A stretch of 59,262 nucleotides of DNA, taken from the NCBI GenBank assembly GCA_038240975.1, contig JBBRGF010000001.1:1-59262 (forward strand). Direction: 5' to 3'. The position numbers were made by a program, and so were the translations under genes. The stretch comes from Gemmatimonadales bacterium (GTDB taxonomy: Bacteria > Gemmatimonadota > Gemmatimonadetes > Gemmatimonadales > GWC2-71-9). Below the pieces are notes generated by a model that saw only the letters and a list, made by a program, of their open reading frames with translations, made no database searches and was not told the DNA's origin. Shown here in pieces: positions 27,701 to 36,038 of this stretch (positions within the stretch are counted from its first letter, which is position 1; each line of letters begins with the position of its first letter).

Positions 27701-29251
27701 ATGTCAAACGGTGCGCCCCGGAGCCGGGTCGTCCTGCTCGTTCTGGACGGCTGGGGCTACCGGCCCGAACGCGAGGGCAACGCGATCGAGCTGGCAAACA
27801 CTCCGGCCTGGCACCGGCTCTGGAATTCCTATCCGCGCACCCTGCTCGATGCCAGCGGTTTGCCGGTGGGTCTGCCGCATGGCCAGATGGGCAACAGCGA
27901 GGTGGGCCACCTGAACCTCGGCGCCGGCCGAGTGGTGCCCCAGGATCTGGTTCGAATCTCCCAGAGCATTCAAAGCGGTGAGTTTTACGAGCGCCCGCCA
28001 TTGGTCGAGCTGTGCGCCAGACTGAGGCAGAGCGGCGGCACGCTTCATCTCGTAGGACTGCTGGGGCCCGGTGGCGTGCATGCGCTCGACCGCCATCTCC
28101 TCGCGTGCGTGGAGCTGGGCGTGAGACACCGCGTCCCGGCCATCGCCATCCACGGCTTTCTCGACGGCCGCGACTCCGCTCCGACTCTGGGCGGGGAGGT
28201 GGTGCGGACCCTGCTGCAGGACATGCGGCGGATCGCGGGCACCAAGGTGGACGTCGCCTCGCTCACCGGGCGGTATTTCGGCATGGATCGCGACAGGCGC
28301 TGGGAGCGCACCCGCGTGGCCTACGACGCGATGGTGCACGGCATCGGCACGGCGGTCGACCACCCGGTCCTTGCCGTGCAGGCCGCCTACCAGCGAGGAG
28401 AAACCGACGAGTTCATCCGTCCGCTCGTCCACTACCGCAAGGGCGCGCCGGTCGCTCTGATGCGCGACGACGACGGTGTGCTGTTCTTCAACTATCGCAG
28501 CGACCGCATGCGGCAGATCGTGGCCGCGCTCGCGCTGGAAGACTTCGCGGAGTTCGACCTCGGTGCCCGCCCCCGGCTGGTCTGCACCACTATGACGCAG
28601 TACGACCAGACGTTCCCGGTTCCCCAGGCCTTTCCGCCCTTCAGTCTGGCCAGAATTCTGGCCGAAGTCCTGGCCGACCATGGACGCACTCAATTCCGGA
28701 CGGCGGAAACGGAGAAGTACCCGCACGTCACCTATTTCTTCAACGGCGGGTACGAGCCACCCTACCCTGGCGAAGATCGGTGCCTCATCCCGTCGCAGCG
28801 CGTGGCCACCTACGACCTCGCCCCTGAGATGAGCGCGGCGGGGATCACCGAAGCGCTCTGCCGGGAGATCGAGGCGGGCGGCCACGATTTCATGCTCTGC
28901 AACTACGCGAATGCGGACATGGTGGGACACACGGGAGTCATGCCGGCTGTCACGAGGGCGGTGGAGACTGTCGACGCCTGCCTGACGCGGGTGCTGGCGA
29001 GTGCGGAACGGGCGGGCTGCCGCGTCCTCATCACCGCCGACCACGGAAATTGTGAGACGATGATCGACCCGATGACCGGTGGCGTGCACACCGCCCACAC
29101 CACGAATCCCGTACCCTTCGTGGCGGTGCGCACCGGCACCGAGGCGCTGCGCGCCGGCGGATCGCTGCGTGACGTGGCCCCGACGGTGCTGCGTCTCCTC
29201 GGCCTGGAGCCACCACCGGAGATGACGGGTCGCGACCTCAGGGAGCCATGA
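27701..29251 (+). CDS. gpmI: 2,3-bisphosphoglycerate-independent phosphoglycerate mutase
   Basis: 516-aa ORF with VVLLVLDGWG, MGNSEVGHLNLGAGR and ADHGNCE motifs. Confidence 0.93.
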   Translation: MSNGAPRSRVVLLVLDGWGYRPEREGNAIELANTPAWHRLWNSYPRTLLDASGLPVGLPHGQMGNSEVGHLNLGAGRVVPQDLVRISQSIQSGEFYERPPLVELCARLRQSGGTLHLVGLLGPGGVHALDRHLLACVELGVRHRVPAIAIHGFLDGRDSAPTLGGEVVRTLLQDMRRIAGTKVDVASLTGRYFGMDRDRRWERTRVAYDAMVHGIGTAVDHPVLAVQAAYQRGETDEFIRPLVHYRKGAPVALMRDDDGVLFFNYRSDRMRQIVAALALEDFAEFDLGARPRLVCTTMTQYDQTFPVPQAFPPFSLARILAEVLADHGRTQFRTAETEKYPHVTYFFNGGYEPPYPGEDRCLIPSQRVATYDLAPEMSAAGITEALCREIEAGGHDFMLCNYANADMVGHTGVMPAVTRAVETVDACLTRVLASAERAGCRVLITADHGNCETMIDPMTGGVHTAHTTNPVPFVAVRTGTEALRAGGSLRDVAPTVLRLLGLEPPPEMTGRDLREP

Positions 29252-29967
29252 TGAGAGCATTGTGGGTAGCGCTTGCCGTAGTCCTGCTATCCGCCTCCGC
29301 GGCGGCGGCGCAGGTAGGACACACGCCCGGCAAGTCGCCTTACCACGACATCTACAAGGGCCACGCCTTCACGGCGACGTACGGCCATCTGGGCGGCGGC
29401 GGCGGAGACTTCGGCATCGCGCCGCACAGCGGCGACTCGTACGGCTTCCGGTACGACATCCGCGCCGGTGCGCCGGTGCAGCTGGGACTCGGATTCTCGC
29501 ACGCCAGTCTCGAGCGACTCATCGTGAATCCGTTCGTCGTGCTCGCCAATCGCGTATCGGGTCCGGTCAAGCAGACCGTGAATTTTGTCGAGGCCAATAT
29601 CCAGCTGAATCTGACCGGCGGCAAAACCTGGCACCACCTGGCGCCGTTCGTCGGTGCATCGGTCGGCATCGCCATTGCCGGGAACACGCCGGCCGACACC
29701 AGCGGTTTCAAGTTCGGCAAGAAGATTTATCTGGCCCCTGCCGCCGGCGCGCGCATCTTCATCACCAGCCGGCTCCACATTCGCGCCGAGGCACGGGCGA
29801 CATTCTGGAAGATCAAGTATCCTGCGTCGTTCCAGCAGGAGCCGGTGGACGAACCGGGCATCCCTCCCGACAACTCGAATGCCGTGATTCCTCCCGGCGG
29901 CAAGGGGTCGGAATGGACGGCAACTTCGTGGCTGCAGGTGGGCCTCGGCTACTCCTTCTCGCTCTGA
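29248..29967 (+). CDS. small outer-membrane beta-barrel-like protein
   Basis: 239-aa ORF. Its ATG overlaps the gpmI stop (ATGA). Signal peptide MMRALWVALAVVLLSASAAAAQ and an amphipathic strand pattern. Confidence 0.6.
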   Translation: MMRALWVALAVVLLSASAAAAQVGHTPGKSPYHDIYKGHAFTATYGHLGGGGGDFGIAPHSGDSYGFRYDIRAGAPVQLGLGFSHASLERLIVNPFVVLANRVSGPVKQTVNFVEANIQLNLTGGKTWHHLAPFVGASVGIAIAGNTPADTSGFKFGKKIYLAPAAGARIFITSRLHIRAEARATFWKIKYPASFQQEPVDEPGIPPDNSNAVIPPGGKGSEWTATSWLQVGLGYSFSL

Positions 29968-29970
29968 CCG

Positions 29971-30393
29971 ATGGCAGTCTTCCTCACTCGTGTCGTCGGT
30001 TTTCGAGCGATGCACCGCCTGTACCGCTCCGACTGGACCGAAGAACGGAACCGGGAGGCCTTCGGACCACTCGCCGACGCCCCGGGCCACTCCCACGACT
30101 ATCGCTGCGCCGTCACGGTGTGCGGTCCCGCAGATCCCCCGATGGCCATGGTGCTCGACCTTTCGCTCCTCGACCGGATTCTGGAAGAAGAGATCGTGGC
30201 GCCGCTCGACCACAAGCACATCAACCTCGACGTCCCCGCGTTCGCCGACGGCCGGACGGTTCCGACCTGCGAGGCCTTAGCCGTTCACATCTTCAGCTGC
30301 GTGGCCGCACGCCTACCGGTGGGCGTGACGCTCGAGCGGGTTCGCGTTCTCGAGGATCCTTCCCTCTATGCCGACTGCACCGGACCGTCCTGA
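29971..30393 (+). CDS. 6-pyruvoyl-tetrahydropterin / 6-carboxytetrahydropterin synthase family protein (QueD/PTPS-like)
   Basis: 140-aa ORF with Zn-ligand pattern FRAMHRL ... GHSHDY, plus LDHKHIN. The canonical catalytic Cys position appears not conserved (see findings). Confidence 0.7.
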   Translation: MAVFLTRVVGFRAMHRLYRSDWTEERNREAFGPLADAPGHSHDYRCAVTVCGPADPPMAMVLDLSLLDRILEEEIVAPLDHKHINLDVPAFADGRTVPTCEALAVHIFSCVAARLPVGVTLERVRVLEDPSLYADCTGPS

Positions 30394-30838
30394 CGGCGCT
30401 GTGTGCGGGGGGTGCCGCGCAGCCGTCTCCAACGACCCGGGCCTCGCGCAGCTCCTTCGCCACGCCAGGCAGATTGCCATCGTAGGGTTGAGTCCACGTC
30501 GCGAGCGCCAGAGCCACGGCGTCGGACGGTATCTCCAGCGAGCCGGATACACGATCATTCCCGTCAACCCGGCCGGTGGAACCACTCTCCGCGAACCGGT
30601 CTTCGAGAACCTCGTGGCGGCGGCGGCCGCCGCGGGGCCGATCGACGTCGTCAACGTCTTTCGCCGGTCGGAGTTCGTGGCCGAGCTGCTTCCGGCGATA
30701 CTTCAGGTTCGGCCATCCCTGGTATGGCTGCAGCAGGGCGTACAAGACGCCGAGACGGCGCGGCGGCTGGGGGAGGCGGGCATTCCGGTCATCATGGACC
30801 GATGTCTGGCAGTGTTCCACCAACTCATGGGGGTCTGA
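30368..30838 (+). CDS. CoA-binding domain protein (YccU/YneT-like)
   Basis: QIAIVGLSPRRERQSHGVGRYLQRAGYTIIPVNP is typical of the family. The start is uncertain; GTG near 30401 is possible. Confidence 0.75.
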   Translation: MPTAPDRPDGAVCGGCRAAVSNDPGLAQLLRHARQIAIVGLSPRRERQSHGVGRYLQRAGYTIIPVNPAGGTTLREPVFENLVAAAAAAGPIDVVNVFRRSEFVAELLPAILQVRPSLVWLQQGVQDAETARRLGEAGIPVIMDRCLAVFHQLMGV

Positions 30839-31626
30839 TGGGAATGCGAGGATGGGCCGGCTTCGCGGCGATCGCACTGGTGACCACGCCCGGCGCCGCG
30901 CAGAAGAGAGGCGATCAGGCCAGCCTCGTCCTGACCGCATCGATCGCCTACCTCAAGGGTGGGGGGCTCTGGGGCATCCCGGCGCAACCGGTTTCCAACC
31001 CTCCGCTGCAGGATATCTTCATCCTCAATCGCAGCATCAAGTCGAGTCTGGCCGCGAACGCATCAGGCACGTATTACCCGGGACGTAACGTCGGCATAAC
31101 CGGCGAGGCTTTCCTGATGGGCCTCGGATTCGACGACAGCTGCCGCCTTGCCGCTCCCGCTCAATCCACGGCCCTCTCCGAGGTCTGCGAAAGCATCGAT
31201 CGGGAGGAGCAGTCCGCCGCCGCGGTGGCGCTCTCGACGGGCCTCATCTTCCGAGTGGCCAGCCGGGAGGTGGTGTCGCCGTTCGCACGTGTGAGCGGGG
31301 GAATCCTGTTCACCAACCAGAGCTCGCTCCTTACCGAGGGGGTCAGCCGGTCGAACGCGGGCGCCCTCCTCATCGTGTACGACGACGACCGCCGCACACG
31401 GGTCCGCCCCGCCTTCGCGCTCGGCGTCGGCGCCACCTTCGCGATCAACAAGGCGTACTATCTCAGGTGGGAAGTGCGAGACAACTATATCGGCGTCGTC
31501 AAGGTCAGCGGGGCGACGCCAGACGCCGGATTCATTCCGCCACACGAAACCGCGTACAAGCACCTGTTCAGCGTGCACGTGGGCTTCGACGTCGTCCTCG
31601 AGCGCCAGCGTGGGAGGAGATACTGA
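30838..31626 (+). CDS. small outer-membrane beta-barrel-like protein
   Basis: Internal ATG (codon 146) of ORF 30403..31626, overlapping the upstream stop (ATGA). Signal peptide MGMRGWAGFAAIALVTTPGAAQ. Confidence 0.55.
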   Translation: MGMRGWAGFAAIALVTTPGAAQKRGDQASLVLTASIAYLKGGGLWGIPAQPVSNPPLQDIFILNRSIKSSLAANASGTYYPGRNVGITGEAFLMGLGFDDSCRLAAPAQSTALSEVCESIDREEQSAAAVALSTGLIFRVASREVVSPFARVSGGILFTNQSSLLTEGVSRSNAGALLIVYDDDRRTRVRPAFALGVGATFAINKAYYLRWEVRDNYIGVVKVSGATPDAGFIPPHETAYKHLFSVHVGFDVVLERQRGRRY

Positions 31627-32234
31627 TCCAGGGGGCCATTCTCGCCGGAGGCGGCGCGTCGAGGTTCAAGGGAAAGCCGAAGGGGCTGGAAGAGGTAGGC
31701 GGCGAGCGGATTCTCGACCGGCTGGTGAACGTCCTGACGGCGGCGCTGGGAGCGCCGCCGTTGCTCGTTGCGAACAGTCCTCAGGCCCCGACGTGGCGGC
31801 CGGACCTCCGGGTGGTGCCCGACGTGAGGCCGGGCGCCGGATCGCTCGGCGGTATCTACACCGCGGTGATCGAGGCTCCGGCACCGGTGGTGTGCGTGGC
31901 GTGGGACATGCCCTTCGTGCCGGCCGAGCTGGTAAGCGAGATCGCCCGGGCGCTCCAGCGATGCGACGCCCTGATTCCCGAGAGCGGCGGGCCGCGCGGT
32001 GTCGAGCCGCTCTGCGCAGGCTACGCCACCGCCTGCGGTCCGGCCATCCGAGCCAGCCTCGACGCCGGAGACCTCCGGGCCGTCGCCTTCCACCCGCGCA
32101 TCACCATCGGTATCCTACCTCTCGCGGACGTGCGTCGCTTCGGCGATCCGGAGCTCCTTTTCTTCAACGTGAACACCGCGGAAGATCTCGCGAAGGCGAA
32201 CGAGCTGTGGCGGCGACGCGGATCATCTCGATAG
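31467..32234 (+). CDS. mobA: molybdenum cofactor guanylyltransferase (MobA-like NTP transferase); true start probably near 31623-31626
   Basis: GAILAGGGASRFKGKPKGL is an N-terminal nucleotide-binding motif. The only canonical in-frame start upstream of it is GTG 31467, which gives a 160-nt overlap and an Arg-rich extension. GGAGGAG at 31613-31619 precedes CTG 31623 and ATC 31626. Confidence 0.75.
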   Translation: MGSARQLYRRRQGQRGDARRRIHSATRNRVQAPVQRARGLRRRPRAPAWEEILIQGAILAGGGASRFKGKPKGLEEVGGERILDRLVNVLTAALGAPPLLVANSPQAPTWRPDLRVVPDVRPGAGSLGGIYTAVIEAPAPVVCVAWDMPFVPAELVSEIARALQRCDALIPESGGPRGVEPLCAGYATACGPAIRASLDAGDLRAVAFHPRITIGILPLADVRRFGDPELLFFNVNTAEDLAKANELWRRRGSSR

Positions 32235-32758
32235 TCGGCAGAAAGAACGCGGGGAAGACGACTCTCACCGTGGCGCTCGCCAACGAGCTCATCAGGCGCG
32301 GCCGCCGCGTGATGACCATCAAGCACACGCACCACCCGGTCGAGGCCGACCGCGCCGGCTCGGACAGCTGGCGCCACTATTTCGAGGGACGCGCCGAGCG
32401 GGTGCTGCTCGTTGCGCCAGGGCAACGGATCGTCTTCGAGCGGGCGACCCCTCGGGCCGACACTATCGGTCCGCCCGACCCGGTCGATCTGGCCCGGCAA
32501 TATCTCGGGGGGGCCGATATCGTGCTCGCCGAGGGATTCAAGCAGTCTCCCATCCCCAAAGTCGAGGTCTACCGGCCCGCCGCGGCGGGTGGACCGCTCT
32601 ACAACGCCGACTCGGCCGATGCATCGCTCTGGGCCGCGATCGTCACGGACGACTACGGCTTCGAAGCCGGATGCACCGTCATCCGGTTTCAGGACACGAT
32701 GTGGCTCCAGCTCCTGGCGTCGCTCGCGTGGGAAAAGGCGATGGAGCTTCCAGCGTGA
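32207..32758 (+). CDS. mobB: molybdopterin-guanine dinucleotide biosynthesis adaptor protein
   Basis: GTG 32207 lies within ORF 31610..32758. It has the P-loop IISIVGRKNAGKTTL. Confidence 0.82.
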   Translation: MAATRIISIVGRKNAGKTTLTVALANELIRRGRRVMTIKHTHHPVEADRAGSDSWRHYFEGRAERVLLVAPGQRIVFERATPRADTIGPPDPVDLARQYLGGADIVLAEGFKQSPIPKVEVYRPAAAGGPLYNADSADASLWAAIVTDDYGFEAGCTVIRFQDTMWLQLLASLAWEKAMELPA

Positions 32759-34008
32759 CCGAACCCCTCGCGGCGTCCGACGCCGCGCGCCGCATTCTCG
32801 CCGAGATCTCCCGCCAACCTTCACTCCGCATTCCGCTCGACGACGCTCTCGGCAGCACGCTCGCCGAAGACGTCGTAAGCCCGATCGACATTCCGGCATG
32901 GGCCAATTCCGCGATGGACGGCTACGCCCTTCGCGGGGAGGATGTCCGCGGCGCCTCGCCCGAGCACCCGGTGCGGCTCAGGGTGATCGAGCACATCCAG
33001 GCGGGACGGTCCCCGACGCGCCGCGTCGGCGCGGGCGAGTGCGCGCGGATCTTTACCGGCGCTCCCACACCCGAAGGCGTGGACTCGGTCATCAGGCAGG
33101 AAGACACCGACGGCGGAGGAGACGTCGTCACGATCGTATCCGATCGCGACGCACGCACCAATATCCGCGCGGCGGGCGAGGACATCAAACGCGGAGCCAC
33201 GGTGCTGAAGGAAGGCATTCAGCTCGAGCCGGCACAACTCGGCGTCCTCGCGTCGGTCGCGCGGGCGCATCCGCTGGTCTATCGCCGTCCGCGCGTCGCC
33301 ATCCTCGGCAGCGGAGACGAGATCGCCGACATCGACCAGCCCGAGGAGATCCTCAGCGGCCGCAAAGTGGCGAGCAGCAACACGCACGCCCTCGTGGCCC
33401 TGGTCCGGCGGGCCGGAGGCGAGCCGGCCAATCTCGGCATCGCACGCGACACACCTGACAGCCTGCGCGAGCACCTTCGCCAGGCAACCGATTGCGACCT
33501 GCTGGTGACCAGCGCGGGCATCAGCGTCGGCGAACACGACTACGTCCGCTCCGTGCTCGAGGAGATGGGCGCGCGTCAGCGGTTCTGGAGGCTCAGGATG
33601 CGGCCCGGAGCGCCGGTGGGATTCGGGTTTCTGGGCACGACACCGTGGATCGGACTGCCCGGAAATCCGGTCAGTACCATGGTGACATTCGAGCTGTTCG
33701 TGCGGGCCGCCATCCGGAGGATGGCCGGCCACTCCCTGCCCTTTCGGCGCTCGGTGCCGGTTCGGCTCGAGGAGCCAGTCAGCCTCAAGCCCAGGCTCCA
33801 GCACTTTCTCCGGGCCATCGTCACCGAGTCTCCCGATGGCCCGCGAGCGCGCCTGACCGGGCCGCAGGGTTCGGGAATTCTCATGTCGATGGCGCAGGCG
33901 AATGCTCTCCTGGTGATTCCCGAGGGCCAATTCGAGACGCCGGCGGGCGCGGTGGTTCAGGCCCTCCGGCTCGACGAGCCGAGGCACCAGACCGACCCGG
34001 CGTTCTGA
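32755..34008 (+). CDS. moeA: molybdopterin molybdenumtransferase
   Basis: GTG 32755 overlaps the mobB stop (GTGA). PIDIPAWANSAMDGYAL and TSAGISVGEHDY are typical of MoeA. Confidence 0.88.
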   Translation: MTEPLAASDAARRILAEISRQPSLRIPLDDALGSTLAEDVVSPIDIPAWANSAMDGYALRGEDVRGASPEHPVRLRVIEHIQAGRSPTRRVGAGECARIFTGAPTPEGVDSVIRQEDTDGGGDVVTIVSDRDARTNIRAAGEDIKRGATVLKEGIQLEPAQLGVLASVARAHPLVYRRPRVAILGSGDEIADIDQPEEILSGRKVASSNTHALVALVRRAGGEPANLGIARDTPDSLREHLRQATDCDLLVTSAGISVGEHDYVRSVLEEMGARQRFWRLRMRPGAPVGFGFLGTTPWIGLPGNPVSTMVTFELFVRAAIRRMAGHSLPFRRSVPVRLEEPVSLKPRLQHFLRAIVTESPDGPRARLTGPQGSGILMSMAQANALLVIPEGQFETPAGAVVQALRLDEPRHQTDPAF

Positions 34009-34017
34009 CTCTTCGCG

Positions 34018-34046
34018 TTGCAATAAGGCCGTCGGGCCCTTAGATT
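34018..34046 (+). promoter_or_regulatory. sigma70-like promoter (TTGCAA - 17 nt - TAGATT) driving the riboswitch leader
   Basis: TTGCAA at 34018-34023 and TAGATT at 34041-34046 with a 17-nt spacer. The aptamer begins about 10 nt downstream. Confidence 0.5.
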
Positions 34047-34056
34047 TGTGGCAGTT

Positions 34057-34169
34057 GAAGGGGAGTAGCTTATCCGCCGCGTGGCGGACGTCCGGATCGT
34101 CAAGACTGCTCGCTCCGGCGGGCACGGTCCGGCAGGAAGCGGGGAATCCCGCCTCAGAGCGAGACCTTC
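34057..34169 (+). promoter_or_regulatory. yybP-ykoY-type (manganese) riboswitch aptamer
   Basis: The 5' GAAGG-GGGAGTAGC (34057-34069) matches the conserved GGGGAGUAG. GTCAAGAC lies at 34099-34106. AGCGAGACC-TTC at 34158-34169 resembles the conserved AGCAAGACC. GAAGG and CCTTC close P1. There is a hairpin CCGCC-GCGT-GGCGG at 34074-34087. A TerC-family gene lies in the downstream operon. Confidence 0.7.
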
Positions 34170-34216
34170 GTCCATCGCGCAATGCGCGGAGCGGACGGGG
34201 TCTCGCTCTTTTTGTT
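34156..34216 (+). terminator. intrinsic terminator / expression platform of the riboswitch
   Basis: AGAGCGAGACC (34156-34166) pairs with GGTCTCGCTCT (34199-34209). Inner helices are CGTCC/GGACG and CGCGC/GCGCG. The hairpin is followed by TTTTTGTT. Its 5' arm is shared with the aptamer's 3' strand. Confidence 0.7.
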
Positions 34217-34261
34217 GGACCCCGGCAGGGGCGGGCACCAATCGCCCATTTGGAGAAAACG

Positions 34262-35101
34262 ATGAACAACGTGAAGACCATGGTCCTCATGGCCGGCCTG
34301 ATGGGCCTCTTCCTGCTCGCCGGCCAACTGCTCGGCGGGTCGCAGGGGCTGGTTCTCGCGCTCGTCCTCGGCAGCGCGTTCAACCTGGTCATGTACTATT
34401 TCTCGGATCGTCTCGTACTTCGCATGTACGGCGCCAGAGTGGTGACGGAAGCGGAGGCCCCGGAGCTGTACCGGATGGTCGACCGCCTGCGCCAGCGTGC
34501 GGGGCTTCCGATGCCCGCAGTGGCGGTGGCGCCGCACGAGCAGCCGAATGCCTTTGCCACGGGGCGCAGCCCGGAGCACGCCGTCGTCGCGGTGACGACG
34601 GGCATCCTCAAGTCGATGCCGCAGGACGAGCTCGAGGGAGTGATCGCCCACGAGCTGGCGCACGTCAAGAACCGGGACATGCTGATCACCACGATCGCCG
34701 CGGGCATGGCCGGCGCCATCAGCAACCTGCCGTACCTGATCATGTTCGGCGGGGGGCGTGACAGCGATGACGGCGGGCACCCTGTTGGGCAGCTCGGCCT
34801 GCTGCTGCTCGCGCCCATCGGCGCCATGCTGATTCAGTTCGCCGTGTCCCGCCAGCGTGAGTTCGAGGCCGACCGCGTGGGCGCCGAGATTCTGGGCAAG
34901 CCGCTTCCGCTGGCGAACGCGCTCCGGCGGCTCGACGCTATGGCACAGCGGATTCCGATGGAGGTGGCGCCGGCGGCGGCTCCCCTCGCGCAGGTCAATC
35001 CGCTCGCGGCCCGGAGAGGCGGGATGCTCCGGATGTTCAGCACCCACCCGCCCACGGAGGAGCGGGTCGCCCGCCTCGAAGCGATGGCCGCGGGCCGATA
35101 A
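34262..35101 (+). CDS. htpX: zinc metalloprotease HtpX (M48 family)
   Basis: Internal ATG (codon 73) of ORF 34046..35101, preceded by GGAGAA. HELAHVKNRD (HExxH) and an N-terminal TM pair MVLMAGLMGLFLLAG. Confidence 0.9.
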   Translation: MNNVKTMVLMAGLMGLFLLAGQLLGGSQGLVLALVLGSAFNLVMYYFSDRLVLRMYGARVVTEAEAPELYRMVDRLRQRAGLPMPAVAVAPHEQPNAFATGRSPEHAVVAVTTGILKSMPQDELEGVIAHELAHVKNRDMLITTIAAGMAGAISNLPYLIMFGGGRDSDDGGHPVGQLGLLLLAPIGAMLIQFAVSRQREFEADRVGAEILGKPLPLANALRRLDAMAQRIPMEVAPAAAPLAQVNPLAARRGGMLRMFSTHPPTEERVARLEAMAAGR

Positions 35102-36037
35102 TTGGGCCACCATGGCCTCGCCGTATGGCTCGGATTTACCGGGCTGGTCGTGGCCCTCCTGGCCATCGATCTCGGCGTCCTCAACCGGCGGTCACACGTC
35201 CTGGCGTTCAAGGAGGCGATGAGCTGGAGTCTCGGGCTCATCGCCTTCGCGTTGCTGTTCGGCGGATTCATCTACTGGCGCGAGGGGCTGCATCCCGCGC
35301 TCGAGTACTACGCCGGATATCTGATCGAGCTCTCGCTCAGCGTCGACAACCTCTTCGTCTTCATCCTCATCTTCAACTACTTCGGCGTGCCCGCGGAGGC
35401 GCAGCCGAAAGTCCTCAAGTGGGGAATCCTCGGCGCGATCGTGATGCGGTTCATCATGATCGCCACGGGCGCGCTCCTGTTGCAGCGGTTCGAGTGGATC
35501 ATCTACGTCTTCGGCGCGATCCTCGTGTTTACGGGGGTCAGGATGTTCCTGGGCAACGACAACCGGATCGAGCCGGAGAAGAACCCGATGGTCCGCCTGG
35601 CGCGGAAGGTGCTGCCGTTCTCGCAGAGCTACGACAGCGCGAAGTTCTTCTGCCGAAGCTCGAAAGGGCGCCTGCTCGCTACCCCTCTTCTTCTGGTGCT
35701 CCTCGTCGTCGAGTGGTCGGATCTCGTCTTCGCCATCGACAGCATCCCAGCCATCTTCTCGGTGACCCGGGACCCCTTTCTGGTCTACAGCTCCAACGTC
35801 TTCGCCATCCTTGGCCTGCGGGCGATGTTCTTCGTGCTGGCGGGGATGATGGACCGGTTTGTCTACCTGAAGCCGGGAGTGGCCTTGATTCTCGTCTTCG
35901 TGGGTGCCAAGATGACGCTCACTCACTGGATTCACATGCCTATTTACGTTTCGCTCGCCGCGATCGTGCTCATCCTGGTCGTGGCGGTGCTGCTCTCGCT
36001 TCGGCGCACCGCCCGGGAGTCGCGTCTCGCCGCCTGA
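35102..36037 (+). CDS. TerC-family integral membrane protein (Alx/YkoY-like)
   Basis: 311-aa polytopic ORF with a TTG start immediately after the htpX TAA. ELSLSVDNLFVF and SDLVFAIDSIPAIF are TerC repeats. Confidence 0.85.
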   Translation: MGHHGLAVWLGFTGLVVALLAIDLGVLNRRSHVLAFKEAMSWSLGLIAFALLFGGFIYWREGLHPALEYYAGYLIELSLSVDNLFVFILIFNYFGVPAEAQPKVLKWGILGAIVMRFIMIATGALLLQRFEWIIYVFGAILVFTGVRMFLGNDNRIEPEKNPMVRLARKVLPFSQSYDSAKFFCRSSKGRLLATPLLLVLLVVEWSDLVFAIDSIPAIFSVTRDPFLVYSSNVFAILGLRAMFFVLAGMMDRFVYLKPGVALILVFVGAKMTLTHWIHMPIYVSLAAIVLILVVAVLLSLRRTARESRLAA

Positions 36038-36038
36038 C

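Noticed and set aside
29262-30485. A 407-aa ORF spanning the OMP, QueD and CoA-binding genes in another frame, and the 5' part of ORF 31610-32758 overlapping mobA.
   Set aside because: Both are Arg/Pro/Gly-rich with no motifs, and are fully explained by recognisable genes in other frames. Only the 3' part of 31610-32758 (from GTG 32207) is MobB.
34110-34150. SRP (4.5S) RNA-like motif GGTCC-GGCA-GGAAGC, a GNRA tetraloop helix resembling SRP RNA domain IV.
   Set aside because: The flanking symmetric-loop nucleotides do not match the conserved SRP pattern (AGCG instead of AGCA; the 5' side is different). The 5' and 3' ends do not form the long SRP hairpin. The helix is better explained as a peripheral stem of the yybP-ykoY-type aptamer.
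34046-34261. N-terminal 72-codon extension of the htpX ORF in the ORF track.
   Set aside because: The extension is Arg/Ser/Gly-rich and covers the riboswitch and its terminator. An SD-preceded ATG at 34262 gives a normal HtpX N-terminus. The same logic rejects the upstream extensions of ORFs 23235-25568 (guaB), 20638-21921 (nrnA), 10516-11583 (ubiX), 6772-7968 (mutM), 9005-9862, 30403-31626, 37415-38059, 47993-49432 and 49438-50904.
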